64,000 bases of DNA from positions 68,763 through 132,762 of the forward strand of contig CAISWQ010000038.1 in the NCBI GenBank assembly GCA_903889245.1, written 5' to 3'. This DNA comes from an uncultured Lentisphaerota bacterium. GTDB lineage: Bacteria; Verrucomicrobiota; Kiritimatiellia; CAIQIC01. Position 1 is the first letter of the stretch; each line of letters starts with the position of its first letter. Positions 35,656 through 44,894 of this stretch are shown one piece after another. The position numbers and the translations under genes are program-made. Under the pieces are notes generated by a model. The model did no database searches. It worked only from the letters and a program-made list of their open reading frames with translations, and had not been told where the DNA came from.

Positions 35656-36738
35656 ATGGCTGTGGCATTCCTTCTGATAGCCGTGCAGTCCTTCTGCGGG
35701 AACGTATCGGCGCAGGACTTCAACAACCTCGAATACCTCTGCTGCGATTGGGGGCCAGCAATGACACTGCCGACCAAACCCAACGAGGCGGCGCAATTCA
35801 ACGATACCGAGGATGAAGTCTATTTTCTCAAGCAGGCGACTTCCTTCACCCGCAGGAAACGCTTGGGCAAGGATTTGTTCAGCGGGCGGGATTATGAGGA
35901 CATCGGCAAGGGTTTGAGCATTTACCTCTGCAAGATGAGGGCCGATGGTAGTGCCAAGACGGAGATCAAGGAACTCTGGAAGAATCCCGCGTACCCGATT
36001 GACACACAGGGACAATCCACCTGGATGGATGTGAACCGGAAGACGCACAAAATAGTATTTTCCATCACCTTCGCAGGTAGTGACATTACCGGACTTTGGA
36101 CCGTGGATTTGGATGGGCGTGGGTTGAAAAGGGTCATTACCCCAGACCGTAATGCTAAGTATCTCCAAGCCATCAACCATCCGAGTTGGACGCCCGATGG
36201 CGAGTGGATCTTTTATGAAGAGGAACTGCGCGGGATGAATCCCAACCGATTCAATATCGGGAAATGCGATGTAAGGGGATCAGGCTGTTCAAGAATATTT
36301 GAGGCGACAGAAAAGATTCAATACCAACATCCCTGTGTCTCACCTGATGGCAAGAAACTTGCCTTCCTACGGTTGCCTTATGGCTATCCGGGAGCTCCGT
36401 TTGTGTGGATTGCAAATTTAGGTGGAACTACCGCAGCACCAGTTGGTGGTAAAGAGACAATCCAGAATTGCGGTTCCGCCCCAGCTTGGAGTCCGGATGG
36501 GAAGCAGATTTTTTTGAGAGGGAGGGTGCTCGACGCACAGTGTGGGGATATACTACGTTCTGGGACTCCACTGCGTGATGGGAAGGCTCATTCAGAAGGG
36601 TGGGTTCATTGGGGTCGCTTTGGGTTTATTGGATTCAATCTCTCCGGCATTCTATTTACGGACAAGGAACTTAAGAATTCAAAATTGATTGGCGTCCCTC
36701 GTTTGGTTGAAAAAGGGGGCACCACATGCGCCTGGTGA
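35656..36738 (+). CDS. TolB-like / WD40-like (PD40) beta-propeller periplasmic protein
   Basis: Signal peptide MAVAFLLIAVQSFCGNVSA. Repeated PD40-like segments (PSWTPDGEWIFY, CVSPDGKKLAFL, PAWSPDGKQIFL). GC content is lower. Confidence 0.7.
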   Translation: MAVAFLLIAVQSFCGNVSAQDFNNLEYLCCDWGPAMTLPTKPNEAAQFNDTEDEVYFLKQATSFTRRKRLGKDLFSGRDYEDIGKGLSIYLCKMRADGSAKTEIKELWKNPAYPIDTQGQSTWMDVNRKTHKIVFSITFAGSDITGLWTVDLDGRGLKRVITPDRNAKYLQAINHPSWTPDGEWIFYEEELRGMNPNRFNIGKCDVRGSGCSRIFEATEKIQYQHPCVSPDGKKLAFLRLPYGYPGAPFVWIANLGGTTAAPVGGKETIQNCGSAPAWSPDGKQIFLRGRVLDAQCGDILRSGTPLRDGKAHSEGWVHWGRFGFIGFNLSGILFTDKELKNSKLIGVPRLVEKGGTTCAW

Positions 36739-39700
36739 TTCATCAAGTACTGCGTTTATTCGTAGTTGCTATCCTGCCTGGGTTAGGGTTTGCGCAACAA
36801 TCCAGAGTGTTGGCATGGAAACCAACGATAGATGATCCCAGCGAGACAATGCTGTATCGCCCAGAGCCAATTCTTTTCGTTCATGGAATAAATGACAATG
36901 ACTCCGGATGGGCTGCTGCCATTGAAGCACTTCAACCTTCGTTTTCCGGCTACTACATATCGCGTGATATTGACGACTTTTCGCGTGAACAGACGAATGG
37001 ACTCAATGCTGTGCAGCAACCTTATCTCCACACCTTTAACTATGGCAACTACGTGAGGGCAAATCTGCCGGACAACGCGCAGTCCTTTGACCACATCGAA
37101 TGGAACGCGTGGGAAGCAGACATGAAAAGCCGTGCGTTCACCAATGCCTTTCTGCGATCGGTCTCCACCAACATCACTGTTCGCAAGTGGCAATGGAATA
37201 ACGATGAAAATAAATGGGACTGGGTGTCTGAAACTGTAACGCTTCCGCCAGATCCAGAACATCTTCATCCGCCGATTAACGACAATCGCAAAACGCTACA
37301 GCAGAGAATCGATGACCTGCGTCAGGCATATCGCATCTTCACAAACGTCCCGAACAATGTCCTCGTCGCCCACTCGATGGGCGGCTTGCTCTCGCACTAT
37401 TATCTCTGCAAAAAGGAAGAAGCCGCCCAAGACTCCGGCGTGCGGCGGCTGGTGACGTTGGCGACCCCGCATTGCGGATCGCCGGTGGCCAATGACCAGT
37501 TTAAGAGCTTGGTCATAAATCCAGTGGATCGCATTGCCCACGGCGCAAACATGACGATTTGGTACAAATTTGCCCGGACGATCACGTTTGGCAGGAAGGA
37601 TCCCGTGGGTTACACACGCTATTCGGCAGGCGGCGCCTTGGAGGACTTGACGGTTTCGATTTCCGGTGGCGGATATCTCGCCTATGCCAACGATCTGCAA
37701 ACCTTTTTTGAGACTCACAGCGTGCCGACCCTTGAATATGTCTTCAATGGTTACACGATGCCGACCTTCACGCTGTACAAGACCTACAGATTATTTGGTG
37801 GAAATGCGGCGGCGTGGAGCGATGTAAAGATTGGTGATGGCGTCGTCTCCTTGAAAAGCGCCGCGGGCAAAAGCTCTAATGACGCTTCTTCCATCTGGAC
37901 AGGGCAAGATCCGGTTGTCTTTCAACCTTGGACTGGTCAGGACCACAGCGATGCTAACAAACACATCCCGTCACTTTTCGCCTCCCTCTTCGGCGTTCCC
38001 AATCAATGGCCTGGCCCGCCGGCACGACCGCCGGTATACGAGAATGTGATCCCGTCCTATGCGAGAACCTATGGCGAGAACCAAAGCTTTGGCAAATATC
38101 TCCCATGGTGGTGGGGATGGTGGAATGAGAACGAAGCTTACTGGGCCTCTGATGAACCGGGAATTGGCGATGTGACGCTGTTGTGCGAGCGGCCACAAGG
38201 CAACGCCCTTGTTATCTCGGCGCTTAATACATGGGGCCTGACGAACGACAATGTCACCGGCTTTAATTTGCCGAAAAAGCTGCACACGGCTCATTCAAAT
38301 CTCGTCGCTCATCAAATCCTCGGCGACCCACAGGCGCAACTCCGTGTGCTGGCGCTGGCAGGAGCGAAGAATCACGCACGCATCCCTTTTGGCATGGACG
38401 GAACCAATTTCTGGGCAGTAGATGGCAATGAGTATCTGCCCGCCAGTTTGCAAGTGAGGTATGCCGCCAGTACCGCCCCGATAGACACAATCACCAATCC
38501 CTTTCAGTCCGGTTGCATTGCATCAACTGTGACGTTGCTCGACACCAACGATGCGCCACAATTTCAGTATGGCTTGTTTGATCGCGCCTTCAATTCCACC
38601 GCCTATCGCCCGCAAGCGCCCAACACCGTTTACTTCGCTATGGAAGCCACCAATCTGGCCGGTTTCTTCACACCCCAGGCCGAGCGCGGGTTCGATGTAC
38701 CGGTGAATTCGGCGACGGTGGTGAATCTGCTCTGCGGCATCAACGAGCGCGAGGCGGCGGCGGGTGTCGGCCAAACGCACTGGATGACCTGGGTTACTGA
38801 ATGGATTGATTTATCCCCCACGAATACTACGATCACGCTGAATTTCTTCCCCAAAGATGACCCGAATACCTGGGGCTTTTGGTTGGAAGATGCATTCACC
38901 GACACACTTTACGAAGACTGGACCGCCTACGATAACGTCAGCAAAAAGTTCACCATTCCGCCACCGGATGCGCAGCGCTGCCTGAAGGTCACATATGAGG
39001 CCTATCTCGGCGGCCTGGCCAGTTTCACCAACCTCTACGAGGGCAGCACCAATTTTTGCGTCGTCCCGCCCCTGACCAACGCCTCCGCGCTGGCGGGTAT
39101 CCCGGCAACACCCGAATTCGTCCAGCAGATGAAAGACGCGTTGTATCGTCTGTTCCCGCGATATGTTGATCACACCTTGGCTGCGGAAGGTAATTTCAAC
39201 AATTGGCTGGCCACCCACCCAACAGCCGCGGACTTGCCCATGCTGGCGGCCACGAATCTTGCGGGTGTGACTCCCAACTACTGTTGGGACTGCACGACCA
39301 ACATGCTCTCCGGTCAAGACTTTGTTGAATTGCACACCGCGTCAACCAATTTGCAATGGATCCGCTTCAAGGGCGATTGGAACTCATTGGGGATGACCAA
39401 TACAGCGTTTGGGGTTGGATGGACGAATAGTTTCCAGGCGAATGCGTGGTGCGCTTCAAAAACGCTGGCGGAGTCAGATTTCCAAACCAATCGGTGGGAA
39501 GGTGGAGATCCCAACTGGATTGCCGCGCCACATGCGGGCAGCTATGGCGAGGTCGCTGATGGCGGCTGGGGTGGCCTCTGGAGTGTTTATTCTTCGCACC
39601 TCACGCGCTCCTATTGTTCCTTTGGCGGGAACAATCTCCCCTTGGCGACGAACGTTTCGGCGCAGTTGTATTTCCCGGTGTTTACGTATGCCTCGCCGTG

Positions 39701-39962
39701 GGGCCTCACCAACGCTGTTTTTCATGATAATGGCGACAACGTGCTGCTCGCCACTAATGCCGCCGGAGTCATGCAAAGGTCTTTTACGTATGATGGGAGT
39801 GGCACCAACTGGACCAGCATAGGCAATGCCTCGCTGCCTGTCCCCACCTGGTGCGACGAACCGCCCGGTTCGCCCACCTACGGTACGACAGCCAAAGGTT
39901 ATCAAGCCGGAAGCCGCGCCATCTTGCTCCTCAAGGTCAGTGAGAGTTTCAACTTCAAATGA
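36726..39962 (+). CDS. large secreted protein with an N-terminal alpha/beta-hydrolase (lipase/PGAP1-like) domain
   Basis: Signal peptide. ILFVHGINDNDSGW and the nucleophile elbow VAHSMGGLLSHYY (G-H-S-M-G) are present. A long C-terminal region follows with no recognised motifs. This has the lowest GC in the window. Confidence 0.65.
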   Translation: MRLVIHQVLRLFVVAILPGLGFAQQSRVLAWKPTIDDPSETMLYRPEPILFVHGINDNDSGWAAAIEALQPSFSGYYISRDIDDFSREQTNGLNAVQQPYLHTFNYGNYVRANLPDNAQSFDHIEWNAWEADMKSRAFTNAFLRSVSTNITVRKWQWNNDENKWDWVSETVTLPPDPEHLHPPINDNRKTLQQRIDDLRQAYRIFTNVPNNVLVAHSMGGLLSHYYLCKKEEAAQDSGVRRLVTLATPHCGSPVANDQFKSLVINPVDRIAHGANMTIWYKFARTITFGRKDPVGYTRYSAGGALEDLTVSISGGGYLAYANDLQTFFETHSVPTLEYVFNGYTMPTFTLYKTYRLFGGNAAAWSDVKIGDGVVSLKSAAGKSSNDASSIWTGQDPVVFQPWTGQDHSDANKHIPSLFASLFGVPNQWPGPPARPPVYENVIPSYARTYGENQSFGKYLPWWWGWWNENEAYWASDEPGIGDVTLLCERPQGNALVISALNTWGLTNDNVTGFNLPKKLHTAHSNLVAHQILGDPQAQLRVLALAGAKNHARIPFGMDGTNFWAVDGNEYLPASLQVRYAASTAPIDTITNPFQSGCIASTVTLLDTNDAPQFQYGLFDRAFNSTAYRPQAPNTVYFAMEATNLAGFFTPQAERGFDVPVNSATVVNLLCGINEREAAAGVGQTHWMTWVTEWIDLSPTNTTITLNFFPKDDPNTWGFWLEDAFTDTLYEDWTAYDNVSKKFTIPPPDAQRCLKVTYEAYLGGLASFTNLYEGSTNFCVVPPLTNASALAGIPATPEFVQQMKDALYRLFPRYVDHTLAAEGNFNNWLATHPTAADLPMLAATNLAGVTPNYCWDCTTNMLSGQDFVELHTASTNLQWIRFKGDWNSLGMTNTAFGVGWTNSFQANAWCASKTLAESDFQTNRWEGGDPNWIAAPHAGSYGEVADGGWGGLWSVYSSHLTRSYCSFGGNNLPLATNVSAQLYFPVFTYASPWGLTNAVFHDNGDNVLLATNAAGVMQRSFTYDGSGTNWTSIGNASLPVPTWCDEPPGSPTYGTTAKGYQAGSRAILLLKVSESFNFK

Positions 39963-40057
39963 GCCCATCTTGCTTGGCCCGGCATGCCTTTGGAAAACGA
40001 GAAGTTCGGGCTTCCAATCCCGCTGCTGCGGGACAAGTCCTTGGAAGAGGTGAAAAC

Positions 40058-41680
40058 ATGAAAGCTCTGGCGATGATGTTGCTGGCGGGGGTTCAGGCGT
40101 CGGCGGCCAACGAGGTGGCGACCGATGCGGCGCTGCGCGCGCGCGCGGCGCGGGAGAGCGCCGTGCCGGTGCGGCCGGGCGTGCCGGGCGCGCAGCCGTT
40201 CTGGAACGAGAAGGCGGTACAGTTCCTCTACGCGCCGGCGTTCGACTTCAAAGAAGTCGCGGGCGCGCAGAAGTACCGCTTCGTCGTCACGCCGGACAAA
40301 GGCAAGGAACTTTCCTTCGAGGCGGAGAAGCCCTTTGCGCCGCTCACGCCGATCTGGGCGAAGCTGAACGCGGGCGAGGCGAAGCTGGTGGTGACTGCGC
40401 TCGACGCGCAGGGTGGGGCGGTCGGGCAGCCGCAGTCGCGCGCGTTCCACCGCGCGATGGTGCTCGGCAGGGAATATCCCGCGCCGTCGCTTCCGTGGCG
40501 CGAGAGCGCACGCCAGGCGTTGGCGGCGCTCGTGCACTCGCCCGACCTGCGCTGCTGGTTCACCAACGGCGTGCCGGCGGAGCCGTTCCATCTCTATCGT
40601 TATCCCTCGAAGATCGTCGGTGCGGCCGCGTCGGCGCTCGCCACCTATGCGGCGCAGACGCCGCCGCCCGCCGACGCGGTCGGGGCGCTCGCGGCGGCGC
40701 GGCGCGCAGCGGACTATCTGCTCGCGATGAGCGAGCCGGCGGAGTCGGTGTGGGCGTTCCATCCGCCGACCTATCACCCGACGCTCTTCGGCAACCGGCT
40801 GCGCGGCCACATGCAGCCGGGCCGCTACATGACGCTCTGCGGTGGGGAGACCGGTCAGTATTACCTCGACGTTTTCGCCGCGACCAAGGATACGAAATAT
40901 CGCGACGCCGCCGTGCGCATCGCCGAGACCTACGCGAAGCGACAGTTGCCGGAGGGGAGCTGGCTGCAGTTTGTCATCGCGCGCGATGGCCAGCCGGTGA
41001 CGGACAACGTGCTCGTGCCGACCGTGGTCGTCAGCTTCCTCGACCGGCTCGCGCAGGTGACCGGCGAGACGCGGTTCGACGCGATGCGTGCCAAGGCCGT
41101 CGCGTGGATCGGGCAGCACCCGGTGCGGACGTGGAACTGGCAGGGCCAGTTCGAGGACGTACAGCCGCTGCCGCCGTACCAGAATTTGACCAAGCACGAT
41201 GCGTGCGACTTCGCGATCCATCTGTTCCAGACGGCGGCCAAGGACCCGGCGCAGCAGGCGCTCGCGCTCGACCTGCTGCGCTTCTCCGAGGACCAGTTCG
41301 TCATCTGGGGTCAGCCGCCGACGGCCTCGCCGACGAAGCAGAACCCCGATGGCAAGGCCGGCGCGCGGGTGAACAGGTGGATGTTGCCGTGCGTACTCGA
41401 GCAGTACCGCTGCTACGCGCCGGTGTGCGCGAGTTCGGCCAAGCTCATCCGCACCTATCTCGCCGCCTTTGCCGCGACGCAGGACCGCCTGCACTTGGAG
41501 AAGGCGAAGGCGCTCGCCGGCACGCTGACGCACACGCAGGGGAGCAAGGCCGCGCCGGGCCGCTATCTCACGTGGCTGATGCAGCCGAGCGGTCCGATGT
41601 GGTTCAACTGCGAACTCTCCGCCCTCCGCGCGATGGAGGAGCTCGCACAGGCGGATCAACCCGAGGGAGCCAGCCGATGA
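40058..41680 (+). CDS. secreted hypothetical protein
   Basis: Signal peptide MKALAMMLLAGVQASAA. GC-rich codon usage. No recognised motif. Confidence 0.55.
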   Translation: MKALAMMLLAGVQASAANEVATDAALRARAARESAVPVRPGVPGAQPFWNEKAVQFLYAPAFDFKEVAGAQKYRFVVTPDKGKELSFEAEKPFAPLTPIWAKLNAGEAKLVVTALDAQGGAVGQPQSRAFHRAMVLGREYPAPSLPWRESARQALAALVHSPDLRCWFTNGVPAEPFHLYRYPSKIVGAAASALATYAAQTPPPADAVGALAAARRAADYLLAMSEPAESVWAFHPPTYHPTLFGNRLRGHMQPGRYMTLCGGETGQYYLDVFAATKDTKYRDAAVRIAETYAKRQLPEGSWLQFVIARDGQPVTDNVLVPTVVVSFLDRLAQVTGETRFDAMRAKAVAWIGQHPVRTWNWQGQFEDVQPLPPYQNLTKHDACDFAIHLFQTAAKDPAQQALALDLLRFSEDQFVIWGQPPTASPTKQNPDGKAGARVNRWMLPCVLEQYRCYAPVCASSAKLIRTYLAAFAATQDRLHLEKAKALAGTLTHTQGSKAAPGRYLTWLMQPSGPMWFNCELSALRAMEELAQADQPEGASR

Positions 41681-43116
41681 AATTGATCTCACCAGTTCTG
41701 GGGTTGCTGTTCGCGGCGGTGGTTGCGCGCGCGGGCTTCGTCTCGGTGGAGCAGGAGGCGGGCGTGTGGTGGTTCAAGTCGCCGGAGGGGAAGCCGTTCG
41801 TTTCCATCGGCGCTAATCACGTGGAGCCGGTCTACTGGCAGTCGCCGAACAACAAGACGTTCATCGCGGAGACGTACGGGCCGGAACTCTTCGCGGCGGA
41901 TGGTGGCTTGCGCGAGGGTTCGCCGGCGGCGGCGAAGTGGGGCCGGCGCGTGGCGCAGAATTTCGACGCGTGGGGTTTCAACACGCTGGGCTTCCACAAT
42001 CCGCTGTCGAAAAGTCTCCAGTCGGCGGGCGCCGCCTATTACGTCATCGAGCTGGACCTGCACGTGCCGTGGGGCTGGAACTCGCCGCGCTCGGCGCTGG
42101 TGCGCGCCTTCCGCCGGAATCCGCTCGATGTCTTCGGCGACGAGTTCGTGGCCGCGGTCAACGCCAACGCCGCCGCCGTGGTGCAGCCCTACGCCGATGA
42201 CCCGCGCGTGCTGGGCTATGCCTACACCGATGGCCCGCCGTGGACGGTGGACGACGACACCGGCGACGCCGCGTTCCAGAAACTTTCCGTCGCCGGGAAG
42301 AAAATACATCCGTGGTCGCTCGCGCTGATGTCGTTGCCCGCGACGGCCAAGGGCAAGCAAGCGTGGCTGGCGCTGATGAAGGAGCGCTATCCCGCGCCCG
42401 ACAAAGCCGGCGCGACCTACGCGCTGACGATCACGAGTTGGGACGAACTCGCTGCGCACACGACGTGGACGAAGCTCGGCGACGCCGCCCGCGCCGCGGA
42501 GGATGGCCAGGCGTTCCTGCTGAAGATCATGCAGCAGTGGTACGCGGTGCGAAAAGCGGGCATCCGCAAGTACGATGCGAACCACCTCATCCTCGGCGAC
42601 AAGCTGAACATGAATCGCGACTCGCGACATCCCGCCGAGCTGACGCAGAGCCTGCGCGTGATGAAGCCGCATGTGGACGTGATCAACATCCAGTACTACG
42701 GCTACTTCGAGAAGCAGCGCGAGGCGCTCGCGTTGCTCCACCGCGAGACGCAACTGCCGATCCTCAACGGCGACACGACCTTCACGCCCTACTGGAAAGA
42801 CCCCGGTGCGGACGCGGCGGACTATTACCGTCAGCTCGGCGAAGCCTACGCGGGCGAGCTGACCAAGCTGTTCACGCTGCCCTATTTCATCGGCTGGCAC
42901 CACTGCGGCTATGTGCGCGGGCTGCGGCCACCCTATGCGGCGGCGCTCAAGCGTGGCGATCAAAAGGCCGCCGAGGAATTCGTGAAGGGCCGGCACACGC
43001 TGCGCGAGGGGTTCATCACCGAGACCGAGGAGCCCATCGCGCCGCTGCTCACGCCGCTGGTCGCCGCGTGGAAGAAATGCGCAGCGGTGCACCGCGCCGG
43101 GGGAGCGACGAAATGA
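41677..43116 (+). CDS. secreted hypothetical protein (possible TIM-barrel glycosidase-like)
   Basis: ATGA overlap with the previous gene. Signal peptide MKLISPVLGLLFAAVVARA. The track's longer ORF starting at 40495 is an upstream extension overlapping the previous gene and is not used. Confidence 0.55.
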   Translation: MKLISPVLGLLFAAVVARAGFVSVEQEAGVWWFKSPEGKPFVSIGANHVEPVYWQSPNNKTFIAETYGPELFAADGGLREGSPAAAKWGRRVAQNFDAWGFNTLGFHNPLSKSLQSAGAAYYVIELDLHVPWGWNSPRSALVRAFRRNPLDVFGDEFVAAVNANAAAVVQPYADDPRVLGYAYTDGPPWTVDDDTGDAAFQKLSVAGKKIHPWSLALMSLPATAKGKQAWLALMKERYPAPDKAGATYALTITSWDELAAHTTWTKLGDAARAAEDGQAFLLKIMQQWYAVRKAGIRKYDANHLILGDKLNMNRDSRHPAELTQSLRVMKPHVDVINIQYYGYFEKQREALALLHRETQLPILNGDTTFTPYWKDPGADAADYYRQLGEAYAGELTKLFTLPYFIGWHHCGYVRGLRPPYAAALKRGDQKAAEEFVKGRHTLREGFITETEEPIAPLLTPLVAAWKKCAAVHRAGGATK

Positions 43117-43221
43117 AAAACCGATTTCGATGGCAGGCTTCGCCGGGATTCCCCGAAAATCATTTCCGCCGGGTCGGTGCCCCGGCCTACAGTCCGGACG
43201 CCGCTGTTCCGGTGGCGTGCT

Positions 43222-43248
43222 GTAGGCCGCGTGACCTTACGCGGCGTC
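43222..43248. repeat. REP-like element GTAGGCCGCGTGACCTTACGCGGCGTC (second copy)
   Basis: Identical to the element at 29996-30022 except for one C-to-T change that preserves pairing as a G-U wobble. A second small hairpin CCTCACGC-TCC-GCGTGAGG follows at about 43274-43292. Confidence 0.7.
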
Positions 43249-43317
43249 CGCTGCGGCTGGCGGCGCAACGAAGTCCTCACGCTCCGCGTGAGGTCCTGTC
43301 GCGGCATAGCCGCGTCA

Positions 43318-43454
43318 GTTTTCCAAGGCTTGGAAAATTTTCCGCGCGTTTTTCCAAGGCTTGGAAAAGTGGCGCCGGGTTGTTGCTGGCGGCGGGCCTG
43401 CTTTTTCCAATGCCTGGAAAAACGGCTGCCGCGACTTTCCAATCCTTGGAAAAC
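43318..43454. repeat. 4 palindromic units arranged as two doublets
   Basis: Units at about 43318, 43349, 43402 and 43435. The first two are noncoding; the last two are read as FPMPGKT....FQSLEN at the sulfatase N-terminus. Confidence 0.9.
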
Positions 43455-44858
43455 AAGACGCCGCCCAACGTGCTGTTCATCGCGATTGACGACCTGAACG
43501 ACTGGGTGGGTTGCCTCGGCGGTCACCCGCAAGCGCATACGCCCCACCTCGATGCGCTCGCGGCGCGCGGCACGCTGTTTGGCAACGCGCATTGCCAGTC
43601 GCCGCTGTGCAACCCATCGCGCACCAGCCTGCTGACGGGGCTGCGCCCCTCGGCGACGGGCATCTACGGCCTGCTGCCGGGCCTGCGCGATGTCGCCGCG
43701 ACGCGGGACTGCGTCACGCTGCCGCAGTACTTCGCGGCGCACGGCTATTTCACGGCCACTTTCGGCAAGGTGTATCACGATGGCTCGATTCCGCCGGCGC
43801 TGCGCACGAATGAGTGCAGTGTGTGGGGTAGCGCGCCGGGCATGCCGCTGCCGCCGAAAAAATTCGTGGCGACGCCTGACCCGATGCGGGTGATGGACTG
43901 GGGCGTCTTCCCCGCCGACGACCGCGAGCAGGCGGATTGGAAAATCGCCGACGCCACGATCGCGCAGCTCAAGGCGCGCCCGGCGGGCCGGCCGTTTTTC
44001 ATCGCGTGCGGGTTCCGGCTGCCGCATGTGCCGTGCTTCGCGTCGCAAAAGTGGTTCGACCTGCTGCCGCCGGAAAACGAGATCGTGCTGCCGCCGGTCA
44101 AGGAGCGCGAGCGCGAGGGCACGCCGGAGTTTGCGTGGTACCTGCACTGGAAGCTGCCGGAGCCGCGGCTCACGTGGCTGAAAAAAGCCGGCCAGTGGCG
44201 GCCGCTCGTCCGCGCCTACCTCGCCAGCACGGCGTTCATGGATAGCCAGCTCGGGCGCGTGCTGGCGGCGCTCCAGGCGGAGGGCGTCGCGGAGCGGACC
44301 ATCGTGGTGCTGTGGTCGGACAACGCGTGGCATCTGGGCGAGAAAGGGATCACCGGCAAGACGACGCTGTGGGAGCGGTCAACGCATGTGCCGCTGATCT
44401 TTGCGGGGCCGGGCGTGACGCGCGGCGCGAAGTGCGGACAGCCGGCGGAGTTGCTCGATATCTATCCCACGCTCCTCGAACTCTGCGGCCTGCCGGCGAA
44501 GGGCGGGCTGGCCGGGCACAGCCTGATGCCGCAGTTGCGTAACGCGGCCGCGCCGCGGCCGTGGCCCGCGCTGACGACGCACAATCCGGGGAATCACGGC
44601 GTGCGTTCCGAGCACTGGCGCTACATCCGGTACGCCGATGGCTCGGAGGAACTGTATGACCTGCGCGCCGACCCGCACGAGTGGAACAACCTCGCCAGGG
44701 AGCCGCGCTATGCCGACGTGGTCCGCGACCACGCGCGCTGGCTGCCCAGGGAAAATGCGCCGCTCGCGCCCGGCAGCGCCGCGCGGATTCTGGAGCAGAG
44801 GAACGGCGTCTGGTTTTGGGAAGGCCAGCCGATTGACCCGGCGCAAAAAGAGGAATGA
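43380..44858 (+). CDS. sulfatase (iduronate-2-sulfatase-like); start uncertain (TTG 43380 or ATG 43410)
   Basis: VLFIAIDD and CNPSRTSLLTGLRP (C-x-P-x-R). The reading frame is open far upstream, so the true start is ambiguous. A short hydrophobic segment LLLAAGLLF precedes the motif doublet. Confidence 0.8.
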   Translation: MLLAAGLLFPMPGKTAAATFQSLENKTPPNVLFIAIDDLNDWVGCLGGHPQAHTPHLDALAARGTLFGNAHCQSPLCNPSRTSLLTGLRPSATGIYGLLPGLRDVAATRDCVTLPQYFAAHGYFTATFGKVYHDGSIPPALRTNECSVWGSAPGMPLPPKKFVATPDPMRVMDWGVFPADDREQADWKIADATIAQLKARPAGRPFFIACGFRLPHVPCFASQKWFDLLPPENEIVLPPVKEREREGTPEFAWYLHWKLPEPRLTWLKKAGQWRPLVRAYLASTAFMDSQLGRVLAALQAEGVAERTIVVLWSDNAWHLGEKGITGKTTLWERSTHVPLIFAGPGVTRGAKCGQPAELLDIYPTLLELCGLPAKGGLAGHSLMPQLRNAAAPRPWPALTTHNPGNHGVRSEHWRYIRYADGSEELYDLRADPHEWNNLAREPRYADVVRDHARWLPRENAPLAPGSAARILEQRNGVWFWEGQPIDPAQKEE

Positions 44859-44894
44859 TCAGGCATTGACCATGAATCAACGGAGCGCATCCAC

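Noticed and set aside
40495-41676. Track ORFs 40495..43116 and 42240..44858 as very long genes.
   Set aside because: Their 5' portions overlap adjacent genes in other frames (40058-41680 and 41677-43116) with Arg-rich junk translations. The real genes start at the signal-peptide ATG (41677) and near 43380-43410.
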